This document shows, piece by piece, positions 12,521 through 26,415 of a stretch of 64,000 nt of DNA. Under the pieces are notes generated by a model. The model had not been told where the DNA came from. It worked only from the letters and a program-made list of their open reading frames with translations, and ran no database searches. A program made the translations under genes and the position numbers. The stretch covers positions 3,534,001-3,598,000 of the forward strand of contig JBHGNT010000006.1 in NCBI GenBank assembly GCA_043228905.1, written 5' to 3'. How positions within the stretch are numbered: position 1 is the first letter of the stretch; each line of letters starts with the position of its first letter. This DNA is from Azolla caroliniana. Taxonomy: Eukaryota; Plantae; Polypodiophyta.

Positions 12521-15500
12521 TTATTGACTTACCACTAGGGTAAGCTAATTACAATAATAATGATTAAGAGTGAAATATTAGTCTTCAATCCACTAATGCA
12601 CAAAAAAAATCAAGGGGTTAAAAGAAAGAGAAATATTAGTGTTTTTTAAGAGGCCATTTTGGCCTCTTAAAAAACAACTTACCACTAGGGTAAGCTAATT
12701 AAAATAAAATAAATAAAAAGAGAGAGAGTTGTCACTTTAATTTTTCTCGACTCCTAAAATAAATAAATTCCTTTTGGAATAACTCGCTCATTAGAAGCTA
12801 ATATTTATGTTTCTAGATTTTGAAGTAAATTACCATGGATTCACATGACACATGCAACAAAATTATCCACAAATGATCAAAACGATTAACATGCGAAACC
12901 TTGCATTCATATGTTTAATAACAACACTATAGCTATAAATAATGGCAATCGTAACAATAATGCTAATCCAATTGTGAGCAATTTCAAAACACAAAGTTGT
13001 TTGAACAATCGTGGAATCTTGCAACGTATCTAGATCTGTTAACTCGAACTTTGTTGGACAAACCATACATTTTGATTTGTTAATAATTTGATGAATTCCA
13101 ATGATTTGACTAGATCCAAATCATGTAACAAGGGAAAATGTGCATGTGGTGGAAAAGTATACTACCCAAACTCTATAGTAACGTGGGACGAAATTCAATT
13201 AGTCTTCAACGCATATTTTGCATAGATGCATAGATGGTTGAGGTTGAATGTTTTCAAAATCTACTTAAATTAGACATGGGCTAGGAAAAACTTGGATGTT
13301 GACTTGCAAGATTTATGGGAATTCCTTCATAAAATGAAGACCCATAAAGACCGAGAAGTGCTTGTCCACTATTCCAATGACTACATTTTGTTGCCAACAT
13401 TGTCTCTTAAATGACAATGATATTGTTTTTGCTCATTTTTCTTGTCGAAGACAAATCAATCTCCATATAGTAAATTTTGGTCTCATGATCATTAATGGTA
13501 ACTTTATGAAGCATATACCATTAACATTTTTAGACTTCATCAATATGTCACTGTCGCGAATCTACATTAGGAGGCAACAACTAAAGTTTTTTCCGACTAT
13601 ACTTTAGAATGCAGCCACAACAATAATATGCCCAATGATTAGCAACATTTTCTAGAAATATTTCCAAAAAAAACTCATTGTTTTCTCCCTACATTAAATG
13701 TAGTAAGAAAAAGATTGATAATCATTCTCGTTAATATTGCCTATTGTAATTCAATGATCTTATGTATTTGGGACAAGCACAATATTTTTTTCGTATTATA
13801 AAAAAAAAGAGTCTAGAAACATTGAAATTTTGTCAAAACAGTGATAATATTGACAATTCAAAAAAATGTATAAATCTTTGGCTTTCCTAATCATCAATAA
13901 GATTGGATCTAAAGAGTCAAACGTGTTGCAACCATTTTGGGCACGTTGCTACAAGTCACCTATGATGTGAGTGACATGTCTTTGGCATATACAGCATATA
14001 CATTCTATTTTTCCTTGCAAATACAGAAAAAGAACAAAAGGTCCCAATGGAATGCTCAAGATCCACTTACTATCACCTCGGGTAAAGAAGGTAGTCATAC
14101 AATTATACCTCCTCAATACAAAGAAGATAGAAACAATAAAGTTTTTACTATAATCTACATCTAAAATTAAATAGTTGTCACAGTAACAATGGAAAATCTG
14201 AGAAAGGTAAATATACATACATTTTATTTGGCATTATGAGTAAACGTCATCTACTTTCGAGTTGTGGCTCATTGTTGAGCTATTTCTTACACTTTTCGAG
14301 TCCATGAACCACGGTTACTTTAAACACAAACATTTATTCTGTGAAAATTCTTCTTCATTTTGCACTATGTTTATTTCTATCCAAGACTCCCTTTATTCTT
14401 GATCAAAGCTTTTGAGTGTAACATTGATTTACCTAATTATTTCTACACTTCCTTGTGCCTCAATCTAAATGTGAACCAAAGGATTTTAACCTTAGCCTTT
14501 GGTAATGAATCTCATTTACCTCGGGTCAAATTTGTGATCTATTGTTATTATTGTCTCAACACAAATATTCTAAGGTTTTGCTTTGGCCACCTTGGCAAAA
14601 CAAAAGTGTAAAGTGTGAAAATCCTATACATAACATTGCCATCCTCATCCTCTTCCAAATGGGTATGCAATGCACACACACATTTCACGTGGACAATACT
14701 TATATTAAAGTATGTATCGTGATTCGTAACCTTTGACTTGTAAACAGGTAGAAGGGGAGGTTTCCCTTGTAAACGAGGGAAAACATTGTCCACAATCTTT
14801 ATATGAAAGGGGACGTGCTCCGGTACAACTCCCTTAGAAATAATAAAAAGGTAGACCCATGAAGAACGTAATGATGCTATGTACACGCCATTTTTCTTTA
14901 ATACAATCAAATATGTCCCGAAAATTAAAATAAGAAAAGAGTCTTTGAAGTACAATTCTTGTAGGGACACGTCTTCCTCATTTCGCCACCACCACCACCA
15001 TAAAAATTCCCACATTTGTTTCCATATTATCATACGTAACTATGAAGCACAAACCTTGGTGTTCATTGCATGTTGACATTAAATTAACATTGGATTTGCA
15101 TCGTCACCTCTTACTTCCAACAAGATTGGTTTGTTGTAAATTATTGCATAACATAGAGAGTAAGGGAGAGGAATCAATTGCAAAGACAACAACGATGGAT
15201 ATATTTATGGTGGCCACATTGGTGGGAGACGTTGCTAGTTTTACATGCACATTTTGAAAAATATAGAACTATTTTTTTTATCTTAAAATATATACATTAC
15301 AAACATTACATAATAACTTATCTTTTTAATTTTGGTTAGTGAACCATGACGGGCTCATGGAAAAACGTTGGAGAACCTTTACAAAGGAAAATAAATGGTT
15401 TCTTATGTTTTGACCTCGATCTTCTTCCCAAGTAATATATATAAGACTTGGCCAATACACTGACACCCATGTGGAAGGAAAAGGTTTGCCATTCCCTTTC

Positions 15501-16096
15501 ATCAAGGACTTTTGTGCACGTTTTGATGATGGTTTTAAGAGGTTCTATTGGGGAATAGTTGTCAACTATAAGATGACGAAGACTTATTTTATCATCGATC
15601 CTTGTAAGAAGAACATGTTGGGCTTATTAGCCACCATTCACTACAAAGAAAACTTGTGGCACCCACAATGGAGCCTCTTATTAATTAAGGCAGCTATCAA
15701 CTATCATTTCATCATTAATTGAGCATTCCACAAAATCACTTTATGTACAACAAACATGGTTAGAAGTCATTTTCAAGGCATTGTGTTTCAGTGAAAACAG
15801 TAGGCGTCAGGTTCAAAAGACTACAAAAAATCAACAAACTCCAAGACCAAATGAAAAAGACATAATAGAGCGTTCACTAGACCATTTCAAACACAAATTT
15901 TATGATTAAATAACTAAAACACATCAAAATCAATATATGAAAACCAAAACAAAAATTATCGGGAACTAACTGTACATACACTGGGATTTGGGGGATTCTC
16001 CAGGAAGGACAACTCGATGAAAATGTGGAAGCAAATGACTCCACCATTTAAAATAAATACCAAACCTAGGAAGCCTTGGAGAGTTTTAATTTTGTT

Positions 16097-18301
16097 TTAT
16101 GTTCTATATGCATTGATATGGTTGAACATAACTCGCAAAATATCTAAAGACGTGACAACACCCACAAGGGTATCATCTTCTCCTGTGACCCATACGTAAT
16201 GTTCTCGGTGACTGAGGGCCTGCAAAAGGACCGCAATGAGCGAGCTCCCGGGGTTGCAGAAGATCGGGCCACTTCGGTTTTTTGCACCGGACCCAACTTT
16301 CAAAGACCGAGAATGCCACTTTTGTGAGAGTTCGTGTGGTCCCGTAGGACTATACGCACCCGACTCATCATCCGAGGATGACAAATCTTCCCACATCTCA
16401 AAATCATGGCGAATATGAGCCGCTACGCCATGTTTCGGTTCATCTCCATTTGTTAGACCAGGTAACTTCTCGAAGATTTTCAAACGTATGAGATCGACAA
16501 GAACATCCGGGGGGTTTTTGCAATCTTGTGTGTACAGGATGAAATCCCCAGCTGACAAAGTAGCCAATGCCAAGGCGGCCGTCTCGTTACAACCTTGCAA
16601 GCTACACCATGATATGTCTCCGACAAGCTTGACAGCCCCACGGTGATAGTCTCCATTGTCATGGGCTCTATCCACAACTGCAACCGGTGCCATGTGGTTA
16701 CCCGAAGATGCAATCATCTCGAGAGCCATGGCTGCATCTTCCTCGAATCCGATCGTCTTGATGTCGGTTTGGATAATGTTGAGATCTCGGATGCTCGTCA
16801 CAGGAAGGGGCGAGAAGGTCGCGATCGAACCTAACATGAATCGAAGCACATCCTCTCTAGTTAACCAGCAATACTCTTTCCCATCATGGTGCTTCGGCAA
16901 TGTTATAGGAGCTCCCCCCACACTTCGAGGAGTTTTCACATGCTTATCAATACCATCAACTTGGGTTAGATCTCCACTACGATGGGTGGCACGGCCTGTG
17001 ATCGGGACAACAAGGTTTTGGGCACCTCTGACAACTATAAGTTCCAGTACTTCTAGTAAGCTGCCATAGAAACAAAGACCAACAAAGAAAGCAAATCAAA
17101 ATGCATGCACTAATAGCCATGTGCTAAGAATCTTGAGTTTTGTTGAAATTGACTTTTTAAAAGCCCATGAAATCCTCTCAATGAGTGAATTTTAGTAGAA
17201 ATGTGGATCTAGTGGAGAAATGATTCGAAAGGAAGTGAAACAGTAGCAGTAGGTAATATAATCAACAACTGAATCAAAAGTATGGTTTTTACCAGGAAGA
17301 GGATGAGGGCTTTGCAAAAGCTTGATACAATAAAAACGATATCCGTTCTGCATCAAGTTCGCATTCATGGGGATCAATTAATAGCACCAACATGACATTT
17401 TCATATGGTGCTAAAATATCACCAGAAAAATCAAACATATATGTATACAGACAAGAAGACAAAAAAGAAAACAACTAGAAAAATAGTAGGCTGGTTATGT
17501 ACAAAAAGAAAGGACAAACTGTTTTTTGTGATTTCCAATTCATTAGATTAGCACATTAAACAAACTTGCGATGGATCCGACACTTACACACACACAAAAA
17601 AAAAACCAAAAAGAAATTTGGTACATACTTCCATCAAAGTTCTTTTACCATCTAATCGAATTTCAACGTGTATAAAAAGGAAGGAGCATTCATTTGTGGT
17701 GTGCATTATTTCTATGAGATTTGTTCAGGTGAGTACACTATCCTCTTTCTTTCTTTTTCTTGTGTCTAATTTCAGGAGAGGGAGAAATACATAAAACCAA
17801 GAAAAACACTGTGAATTCAAGTGTAGTCTCAACAAAGAGAAGAAAGGCAAGAAGAAGAAGACATATATGTTGAGGGTACCTTGCATTAGGATCAATGTGG
17901 TGGACTGTGCATTCGGCGCCGAGGAGGAGGGTGGAGATGGGGTCACGCAGAGCTCTGCTAGGGTTCCGCAGGTTCTCATCACGAGCCAGATAGCAAATGA
18001 TATGGAGCATGCTTACCTTGCCAAGGCACACGCACTTGACGCCTGCTGCAGGGGCCGAGGTGGGGCTGCTGTCCGGAGGGGTCCGTACGCCTGCTGCGGC
18101 TCCGGCTCCGGCTCCATGGCGGCTCACCCGTCGCAGAGGTCCATGGGGGTGAGAGCAGGCCCACACGCTGATCTCGCTGATCTGGTCATGGCGGAGCCAT
18201 CGCAGGGCGTCGCGAACAGAGGCGGAGGCAGGAAGGAAGGAGAGGGCGGGCTTGCCCAGGGCGAGATCAGCCACGACGTGCGAGAGGAAGCCAATGGCCA
18301 T
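16097..18301 (-). CDS. CBS-domain protein (CBSX5/CBSX6-like), 2 exons, about 461 aa
   Basis: Exon 1 18301-17880 (FLSHVVADLALGKPAL). GT-AG phase-2 intron. Exon 2 17060-16097 (SLLEVLELIVVRGAQNLVVPI, EYCWLTREDVLRF, SSLIAVLLQALSHREHYVWV). The joined frame is open. Confidence 0.88.
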
Positions 18302-18705
18302 ATACAGAGAGACAGAGACAGAGACAGAAAGACAGAGGCGAAGCAGAGCAGAACAGAGCAGAACAAAACAGAGGAGCAGAACAGAGCAGAACAGAGAGGA
18401 GCAGGGGAGGAGAGAGAGAGAGAGAGAGAGAGAGCAGGACAGAGGAAAACAGAGATACAGACAGAGAAAAGACAGAGGGAAATGTTAATTTTTATACCCT
18501 CTTTTTTTGTTCCTTCTACATTTTCATAAAATCATTTAAATTTAATCTCAATTGTTTAAAAAAAAGGGGGGGGGGGGGGGAAATAATATTTAAGAAAAAT
18601 CATTTTGTCTTTAATTTTATTTTACATCATTTTACTTATGTTCTATTTTGTGTGTTTTATTTACTTTTTTTTACCTCTAGTCTCTTTTTTGGGTAATTTT
18701 TTACT

Positions 18706-18736
<31 letters not shown>

Positions 18737-19095
18737 TGTGTGTCTCTGTTTTTAGAGGGGGGGGGGAGGAGAATGCTCCCATTAGATTGGAAAGTGCATT
18801 TTGCTTGGTTCCTCTCTCTCTCTCTCTCTCCCCATTGGTCTTCTCCCAGTGTCTTCATAGTGCTTCTTACATCCGGGGGCCGGGGAGGGCCATGCGCCAA
18901 AATCCTAAGGTCTCGCTCTCCCAAACATGTGCTCACGAAGAGCACACCCTGCCTGTCGCACCTTGCCTCCCTCAAACACCCATGTTCCTACAACCCTTTT
19001 TCGCCTTTTCTTTGTCCATTTCGTGATGCACCTCGCGCACGCCACCTTTTCACCTCGAGGATTGTGTGTGCGAAGCACCAACTTAGGTTGTACGT

Positions 19096-19837
19096 TGTCG
19101 TGAAGATTTTCGGCCACGGTGGGACAAATAAAATGGGGATGTGCAACATTGCACATGCACTTGTAAATTTGTATAATGAGAATAAGATAACAAAATGTAA
19201 AGGGAAGGGTAATGATCTAAGGTGCTAAAGGTGCACCACGAAGTTCGTAGAGGCATAAAGGTGATGTGCACTTTGTAGGCTAGAGAGAGGTACATGAAGC
19301 ATACGTGTAGGGAGTAATGGGCATTGAGTAGGACAACTAGAGGACAAAGAGTTAAGGCCCATCAATCTCTCCACCTAAGATTGAGGCCAAATATTCTCCT
19401 TTGAAAGAAAGGGGATTTGACCACTCCTTTTTGTGTTGTGCCTCACCCCCTTACTACTATAAAAGGGAGTGAGGGGTCACTTTAGAGGGGGTTGCCTATT
19501 TTGAGTGTGAGATGTATACCACTTAGTTCTAGGGTTCTTCTTCTTCCTATTTCGGTTTTAGGGTTTCGTCTAGGGTTTTACTCTTCTTCTTTACTCATCC
19601 GGTTAGGGTTTCTTGTAATCGTTTGGTTTGGCCTATGCGGCCATGGTTGTAATCGTTTGCGAATTCTTAATATAATTTGTTTGTGTATCTTGCCTCCATC
19701 TATTTCTTGTTCAATGTTAATGTCTTTTTCTTTCTCCTCTCCTCTTGAGCGAAGCTCCCATTTCTCCTCTACTCCCTAATCCAAGACCCCCGTGGTCCCA
19801 CCTAGGATCCTACACGTACTCGCGGATTTCTGCAACA
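19096..19837. mobile_element. Solo LTR (742 bp) with ACGT target-site duplication
   Basis: tgtcgtgaagat...ttctgcaaca, flanked by acgt at 19092-19095 and 19838-19841. Contains a TATA-like ctataaaa and tagggttt motifs. Confidence 0.8.
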
Positions 19838-20610
19838 ACGTTAAAGCCCATGACTCTCCTCCCCCCATCTCTCTTTCTGGCCTCAATGTGGATCAATTCT
19901 ACCATCGCCATCGCACAACCACTTCCCATGCATGTTTCGTTCCTTTTCCTTCTATAACATTGCAATCTAGAGTATCCACGATATCTACCACCAACTTTCA
20001 CCCCACAAACACCACACCGTATGGATGTAACATTGTTTAGCATGGAGACAACACTTTAATAGAATACACTAACCAATATATGCTAAAAATCTTCCATAAC
20101 AGTCTCGACCATGCTCTTTTAGATCAACATTTTGTAGATTTTGCTGGCTATGTTGAGTTGGGAGGGATTCTTGTGCACACTTTCCTCGTGTGTATGTCCT
20201 TCGGCCTCGTACACTCCACCCAAAAATGCAACACATTTGTCACCAATAGTCCCACATGCTCTTTTAAGCTTCCTCGCTCATATGTGCATGGTGCACGCCC
20301 TTTCATTATCTAATTTTACCATATCATATTATGTCTCCATCAATATGGCAGTTAGTCTCATTAGGTTTCACTTCCAATCACACATTGATTGTGGTGCCAC
20401 CTGCATGTAACTCTAATGAGCTTATTCTACTTGCATATGGAAGGTTTAACAATTGACGTCTATAACAAAAAATATTTCAATACCTCAAAAGTCGGCAAAC
20501 ATTAACATATATTCTTACTATTTACTCACTATCTATTGAAATTATTTTTAATTGTTCATGACAATGAAATCACTATAGTGAGCATGAAAAAAGTGAAGTT
20601 CTTTGTATTT

Positions 20611-20836
20611 AGACCACACGTACCATTCGCGTAAGAAAAACACCCTCAAAGAATGATAAATACCATACTTTTGGATTAACTATTTATTATGAGGTAAATA
20701 AGCCTAAAAAAACGAAAAAACATTAAAAAATGGGGGAAAAAAACATAAGAATGTTTGAATAACATGCACATTCGTTTTCCAACGTAGGAAAACGAATGTT
20801 ATGCTAGACGAACACGAATTTTACGTACTATGATTT
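20611..20836. mobile_element. MITE-like element, inverted copy of 11241-11514
   Basis: Reverse-complement match, for example gaaaacgaatgttatgctagacgaacacgaatttt and ctatttattatgaggtaaata. Confidence 0.65.
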
Positions 20837-23800
20837 AAGACAATGATGTGTCTCATGTCAATTAGTTAGAAGAAGTAATGGTTAATCTTTTATCTTTATC
20901 TTTTGCAATGTGTACAACAATCAACGTGGCACACTTGGTCGATGAAATTTATGAAGATTGCATACCTAAGAAGGCCATAAGGTTGGCGATAAAAAAAATG
21001 TACTCTATTTTTATAGTAAAAACATGTCCTCTCTTTAATAGACCATAAGAAGGCCATAACATAAGAGTGGCGATAAAAAAAAAGAAGAGTGCTCTATTTT
21101 CGTTGTAAATGCATCTTCTCTATTTGATAGAACATGTACATTGTACGGGTTATAGTCTATTATTTTATAGAATGACTTGCTATTAAATGTCTACCCAATC
21201 ATAATTCTTTGACTTGATTTCAACCCTTTAGCTAGATGCTTGCAGCTTATGTGTAGCCATACTAACATGTTGTGCAAAATAGTAGATTTGCTTAGCCATT
21301 GCTAATAGAATCAATATGAATAGAATGAAGGATCATTCGTAAATTGAAAGCCAAAAATAAGCATTGTAACATCCAAAGACCCAATGCTTATGATCAAGAC
21401 CAAAACGATCTATACAATGAATGCTAGGAAAAAGACATCCTTAACAAAATATGTTGGATAGCCTTATAAGCAACTCTTGAGTCTTGATTACATTTGTGGG
21501 TATGTACATAACACAGTGTGCATGGTTCTTATTTTATCATACATTGACAACCTTTTCTCAAATCAATATTTATAACAAGGAAATCCACAAATTCCAGGGG
21601 CATAACAGAAAATGATATGCACCATCAACTCATAGAATCTAATTAGTCAAGGTTAATGCAAGGGATCACATAAACATGGCTCATGAGGATGACGCCAATA
21701 AACTTGAGGCATTTTAGTGTTGATTAGTTTTTCATGATCGAGGGAGATAATGTTCTAGGTAGTGATCTAAGAGGCCCTTTTATCATAACTCAAATGAGAA
21801 GATAAACTACATTATACTCAATAATTTATTTTGAGTGAAGATGAACATGTCCACATCACTTTCTCGTTTGTTTTCTCAAACAAGGTTATTCGCATTGTAT
21901 ATTATTTCACTATCGATACCATTCGGCACGTATGTGATTGTATATGAATCTTGTATTTTCTACTTACAACTCTTACATGAAGATGACAAAGACATTGTCA
22001 AGAAATTGGGGTACGGGAAATGCAGTCTCATTTGATGGTCTCCATGGAGTACCCTTATGGAACGTATGTGCCGCTTATGATAGAGCCGAGAACCGCAAGC
22101 ATACCACATACCGGGAGGGTGGGCACTCGAACGCAATAATAATAAAGGGATCCCATACAAACTTGTTAAACAAATGGTGATTATGACAAGAAGGAAACAA
22201 ATACCAATCGGTCACTTACGCCATATGAGAACCCCCATACGAAAAGTTGGGAACAATCCAACAATTGTGGACAATTTAAATATCTGAAGCTGTAAATAAT
22301 ATTGATTTATTGGTTCTCACAACTAAGCAAGTCCATGGGCACCTTGTCCCTTGAAATATGAGGAAGACGATAGTTAACTTGAAGTTCTTTGATGTTGATT
22401 GTTTTTTTCTTTAGATCAAGGGAGGTAATGTTATGGAGAATGGTTATGGTGAATTTCTTATTATAACTCAATTTAAAAGATAACAACATCATATGAAAGG
22501 AAATTATGTTGTTTGATATAGTGTGTTGTTCATCGTTAGTAGTTACAAAGCATATGAATATATTACACTTTATTTGAGCGAGTCTATGAACACCTTGTAA
22601 TCCTCATCAAACTTGTCTTTATCTTAACTAGCCATGGAATACCTTACAATATTACTACAAAGATCCTCGCTATCTTAATGGGGTTTATGTTACCATAAAG
22701 ATCCTCACTATTTTAGTAGGCCAACAAAGGATTTTGCAATAGATATATAGATCAACACATCAAAGAAAGCTAGTGCTTAATAAGATAAGAGGCATGGAAA
22801 GACAATATTATCAGCTATATAAGCCACCTTTTCTAATATGTAGGTGCAATTTGGACCTTCTACACATAAGTGGATAGGTTTCTTTACTCCATTTGATGTT
22901 TTGATTAGAGTAAGACCCTATATTAGGGAAGAAGCTTTTATGACTTTTGATGTACATGATGATGGTAGGTTAAATTTCACACATATGAAAACTAATATGT
23001 TCAGTTTTGTTTGAAAAAAGAAGTGAGGTTGGTAGCAAATGATGGATCAAACTGGTTATTAGATTCGAATCCACCAAAAGTGAATCTTTTATGGAGGTTT
23101 TGGACTATCGAAAGGAGACCAATATCTAGATTAACTTGTGAACCTGGTGAACTTATTGGAAAGTGTCATTTCAAGGTAAGATAAAACAAGTGCCTTTCTT
23201 TTAGTATTCTGTGAAGATTGGTAAGAAACTATATGTGCTATGTCGTGGAAGGAACCAACTGCAAAAATATTTTCCGGAGACGGAAAGAACTTTCTCCACA
23301 ACAACTCAAGTAATTTGGGAAATGGTTGTGGGGCATAAAAATGAGTATGATGTAGACGGATCATGTAGGTTACACAATTAATGGACTTGTGGCAATTGAT
23401 GAATATATGATATTATTATCTAGGCAAACTTAAGGAGTGACAAGAAGTTAGTTCAATAGTCTTATTGATAGCTTATTACACCCACACACTAAGATTTAGT
23501 TAAAGAATTTGGTTTACTCATTCAACTTGTCCATCCATCTCAGGTTGATATGCCAAGGAAAACTTGATAGAGGTCGTGAGAAGTTGGAAGAAGCGCTTCC
23601 AAGAATGTGAGATGAATTGGAGGGGTCGATCTAAGATTGTCATCTGGGATTCCGTACAACTTGGCACTCATAATGAAATGTTACGTGTTTAAGCCTGCAA
23701 GAGTGCGTCCAATTTTATTCTAATTTTAAAATAGAATTATACCCCAAGGGAGTCTAATGTTGATCGGTTGAGGCTCATTGTTTTTCTAATTTACCAAAAG

Positions 23801-24480
23801 CCCTCAAAAGAGTTTGCTTAATGCTATTATTTTCATTGATGATGGTTTTTGTTTTGTTTATGGATCATGGACAATATTATGCTATGTATTTATGGATTAT
23901 GGGCCATGGCCAATGTTATGTTAGGCGGTATTCTTCGTCACGTCTTAGAAGGGGTATTACATACTATCGCTTTTGATTAAGTTATTTGTTTGTGTATTTG
24001 TTGCCCTCTCTTAGAGGTGTCTTTTGATATTGTTTGAATACATATGATGTTGTTGTTTTGAATGTTTTTACTCGGGGAAGCTTTTCGGGCATGTTATGGT
24101 TTTGGTAAAAGTGTCTCATACTAGCAAGTAGATGGGTCAAGCAGGATCAAGTAGAAGAATGAGCACAGAAAGCAAAAGAGGATGATCGAGACCTCGACAT
24201 GGAATCCGTCTGGGGGACTCTCAATGAGGTTTGAGTGGAGGAAGTAAGTGTTAGCCAAGCCAAGCTATGGCTAAGCGATACTGGAGAATTGTCAACTAGT
24301 AGCGAGACCCTCGGGTACGCTTCTCTATCGGCCCCGTCCCCAAAAAAATGCATAATGATTCATATATGTAGGTCAGGGCAGCACAGACGGGGGAACGCGA
24401 GAAAAGCGGGAAGCCAAAAGGCAGAAAGCAAACTTGGAAGGAGAGGAATGGGAAGCACCTCTAAAAATGGAGGGCCTTCT

Positions 24481-24628
24481 AGAAGAAGAAGAAGAAGAAG
24501 AAGAAGGATCGATGGAAGGAACAAAAATAGAAGAGAGAGGCAAAATACATACAAAGAAGAAGAAGTAGAAGAACGGTGTGAAAAGTCGCTTTCTTCTTCT
24601 TCTTCTTCTTCTTCTTTTTTCTTCTTCT

Positions 24629-24660
<32 letters not shown>
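24481..24660. repeat. (AGA)n, (TCT)n and (TC)n tracts upstream of KCS
   Basis: Directly visible simple repeats. The AGA and TCT tracts are mutually complementary. Confidence 0.85.
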
Positions 24661-24665
<5 letters not shown>

Positions 24666-24882
24666 GTCTGCTTCGGTTCGGCTCTGCGTTCCCTGATGAC
24701 CGTTTTTAGCGCGTTCAACCAAGAACAGGGAAGAAGAAGAAGCAGAAGCAGAAGAAGCAGAAGCGGAAGCAGAAGACGACGGCGAAGGCGGGCGTCCACG
24801 ACAGAGTACATCCTAACCATCCAATCCAGAGCAGAGCAGAGAATCACAGGTCTCTCCCTCCCTCTCATCCTTCCCTTTGGCT

Positions 24883-26415
24883 ATGGCGATCTCCACCGCG
24901 ACAGATCAGGACATCACCGTGCATATCAGCCCCCCTACATCGGGAAGAAAGCTTCCGGACTTCTTGCAGACCGTCAACCTGAAGTATGTGAAATTAGGCT
25001 ACCATTATCTCATCACCCATCTCTTGAAGCTTCTTCTCGTGCCTATCCTCATTGGGATCCTGATAGAAGTGGGCAGACTGGGCCCAGAGGATCTGTATCA
25101 GCTTTGGCAGAACTTGCAATTCAATCTTGTAAGTGTTCTCGCCTCCACTACCATCCTTGTTTTTGTCACAACGCTTTACTTCATGTCTAGGCCAAGGTCC
25201 ATATACCTTGTGGATTATGCTTGTTACAAGCCGACGGAAGACCTTAAGGTTCCCTTCGAGTTCTTTATGGATCGGTCGGAACGGTCAGGAAGTTTCGATG
25301 ACAAGAGTTTAGAATTCCAAAGAAAGATATTGGAGAGATCAGGCCTCGGGGAGCGGACATATTTGCCACCTGCAATGCATAAGTTGCCACCCGAGCCCAC
25401 CATGTTTGCCGCCCGTGATGAGGCAGAGAAAGTCATGTTTGGTGCCCTCGACATGCTCTTTGATCGGACCCTAATCAAGCCTAAAGACATTGGGATCCTC
25501 ATTGTGAATTGCAGCCTTTTCAACCCGACACCATCATTGTCAGCCATGATCGTAAATAAGTATAAATTGAGAGGCAATATCCGTAGCTACAACCTCGGTG
25601 GTATGGGCTGCAGTGCAGGTGTTATTGCCATTGACCTTGCCAAAGATTTGCTTCAAGTACACCCCAACAACTACGCGGTGGTTGTTAGTATGGAGAATAT
25701 CACGCAAAACTGGTATTTTGGCAACGAGCGATCGATGCTCATACCCAATTGCTTGTTTCGAGTCGGTGGTGCGGCTATCCTCCTGTCGAATAAGGGAAGA
25801 GAGAGGAGAAGAGCAAAGTATCAACTCGTTCATACGGTGAGAACTCACAAGGGTGCTGATGATAAGGCATTCCATTGTGTTTACCAAAGGCAAGATGAGA
25901 CCGGACAACTCGGGGTTTCTCTTTCCAAAGATCTCATGGCTATCGCCGGGGATGCCCTCAAGACGAATATCACGACCCTGGGCCCACTCGTGCTGCCAGT
26001 GTCCGAGCAACTGCTTTTCTTTGTGACTCTGTTTGCAAGGAAGGTTTTGGGCATCAAGATGAAGCCCTATATACCTGATTTTAATCTCGCTTTCGAGCAT
26101 TTTTGCATCCATGCGGGAGGGAGGGCGGTCATCGACGAGCTCGAAAAGAATCTGCAACTCTCCGAGAGGCATGTCGAGCCTTCCCGGATGACACTTCATC
26201 GGTTCGGGAACACGTCCTCATCTTCAATTTGGTATGAATTGGCATATACCGAGGCGAAAGGAAGGATGAAGAAAGGTGATCGTATCTGGCAAATCGCATT
26301 CGGGAGTGGCTTTAAATGCAATAGTGCTGTGTGGCATGCCCTTCGTACTGTGAAAGCCACTTCCGACAACCCTTGGGTGGACTGTATCAAAGACTATCCA
26401 GTCATTATTGGATAA
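24883..26415 (+). CDS. KCS: 3-ketoacyl-CoA synthase (FAE1/KCS family), intronless, 510 aa
   Basis: [57 protein letters not shown] and [16 protein letters not shown]. First ATG is at 24883; the ORF track starts at an upstream TTG. Confidence 0.97.
   Translation: MAISTATDQDITVHISPPTSGRKLPDFLQTVNLKYVKLGYHYLITHLLKLLLVPILIGILIEVGRLGPEDLYQLWQNLQFNLVSVLASTTILVFVTTLYFMSRPRSIYLVDYACYKPTEDLKVPFEFFMDRSERSGSFDDKSLEFQRKILERSGLGERTYLPPAMHKLPPEPTMFAARDEAEKVMFGALDMLFDRTLIKPKDIGILIVNCSLFNPTPSLSAMIVNKYKLRGNIRSYNLGGMGCSAGVIAIDLAKDLLQVHPNNYAVVVSMENITQNWYFGNERSMLIPNCLFRVGGAAILLSNKGRERRRAKYQLVHTVRTHKGADDKAFHCVYQRQDETGQLGVSLSKDLMAIAGDALKTNITTLGPLVLPVSEQLLFFVTLFARKVLGIKMKPYIPDFNLAFEHFCIHAGGRAVIDELEKNLQLSERHVEPSRMTLHRFGNTSSSSIWYELAYTEAKGRMKKGDRIWQIAFGSGFKCNSAVWHALRTVKATSDNPWVDCIKDYPVIIG

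Noticed and set aside
12800-15720. Possible decayed DNA transposon or gypsy sequence
   Set aside because: Only faint peptide hints. No termini or motif could be supported.
21400-23700. Possible ancient gypsy pol remnant
   Set aside because: Too degraded to assign by eye.
25224-26390. Antisense and off-frame ORFs over KCS (likewise over CBS, DUF247 and HMA5)
   Set aside because: Shadow ORFs of real genes with no recognisable motifs.
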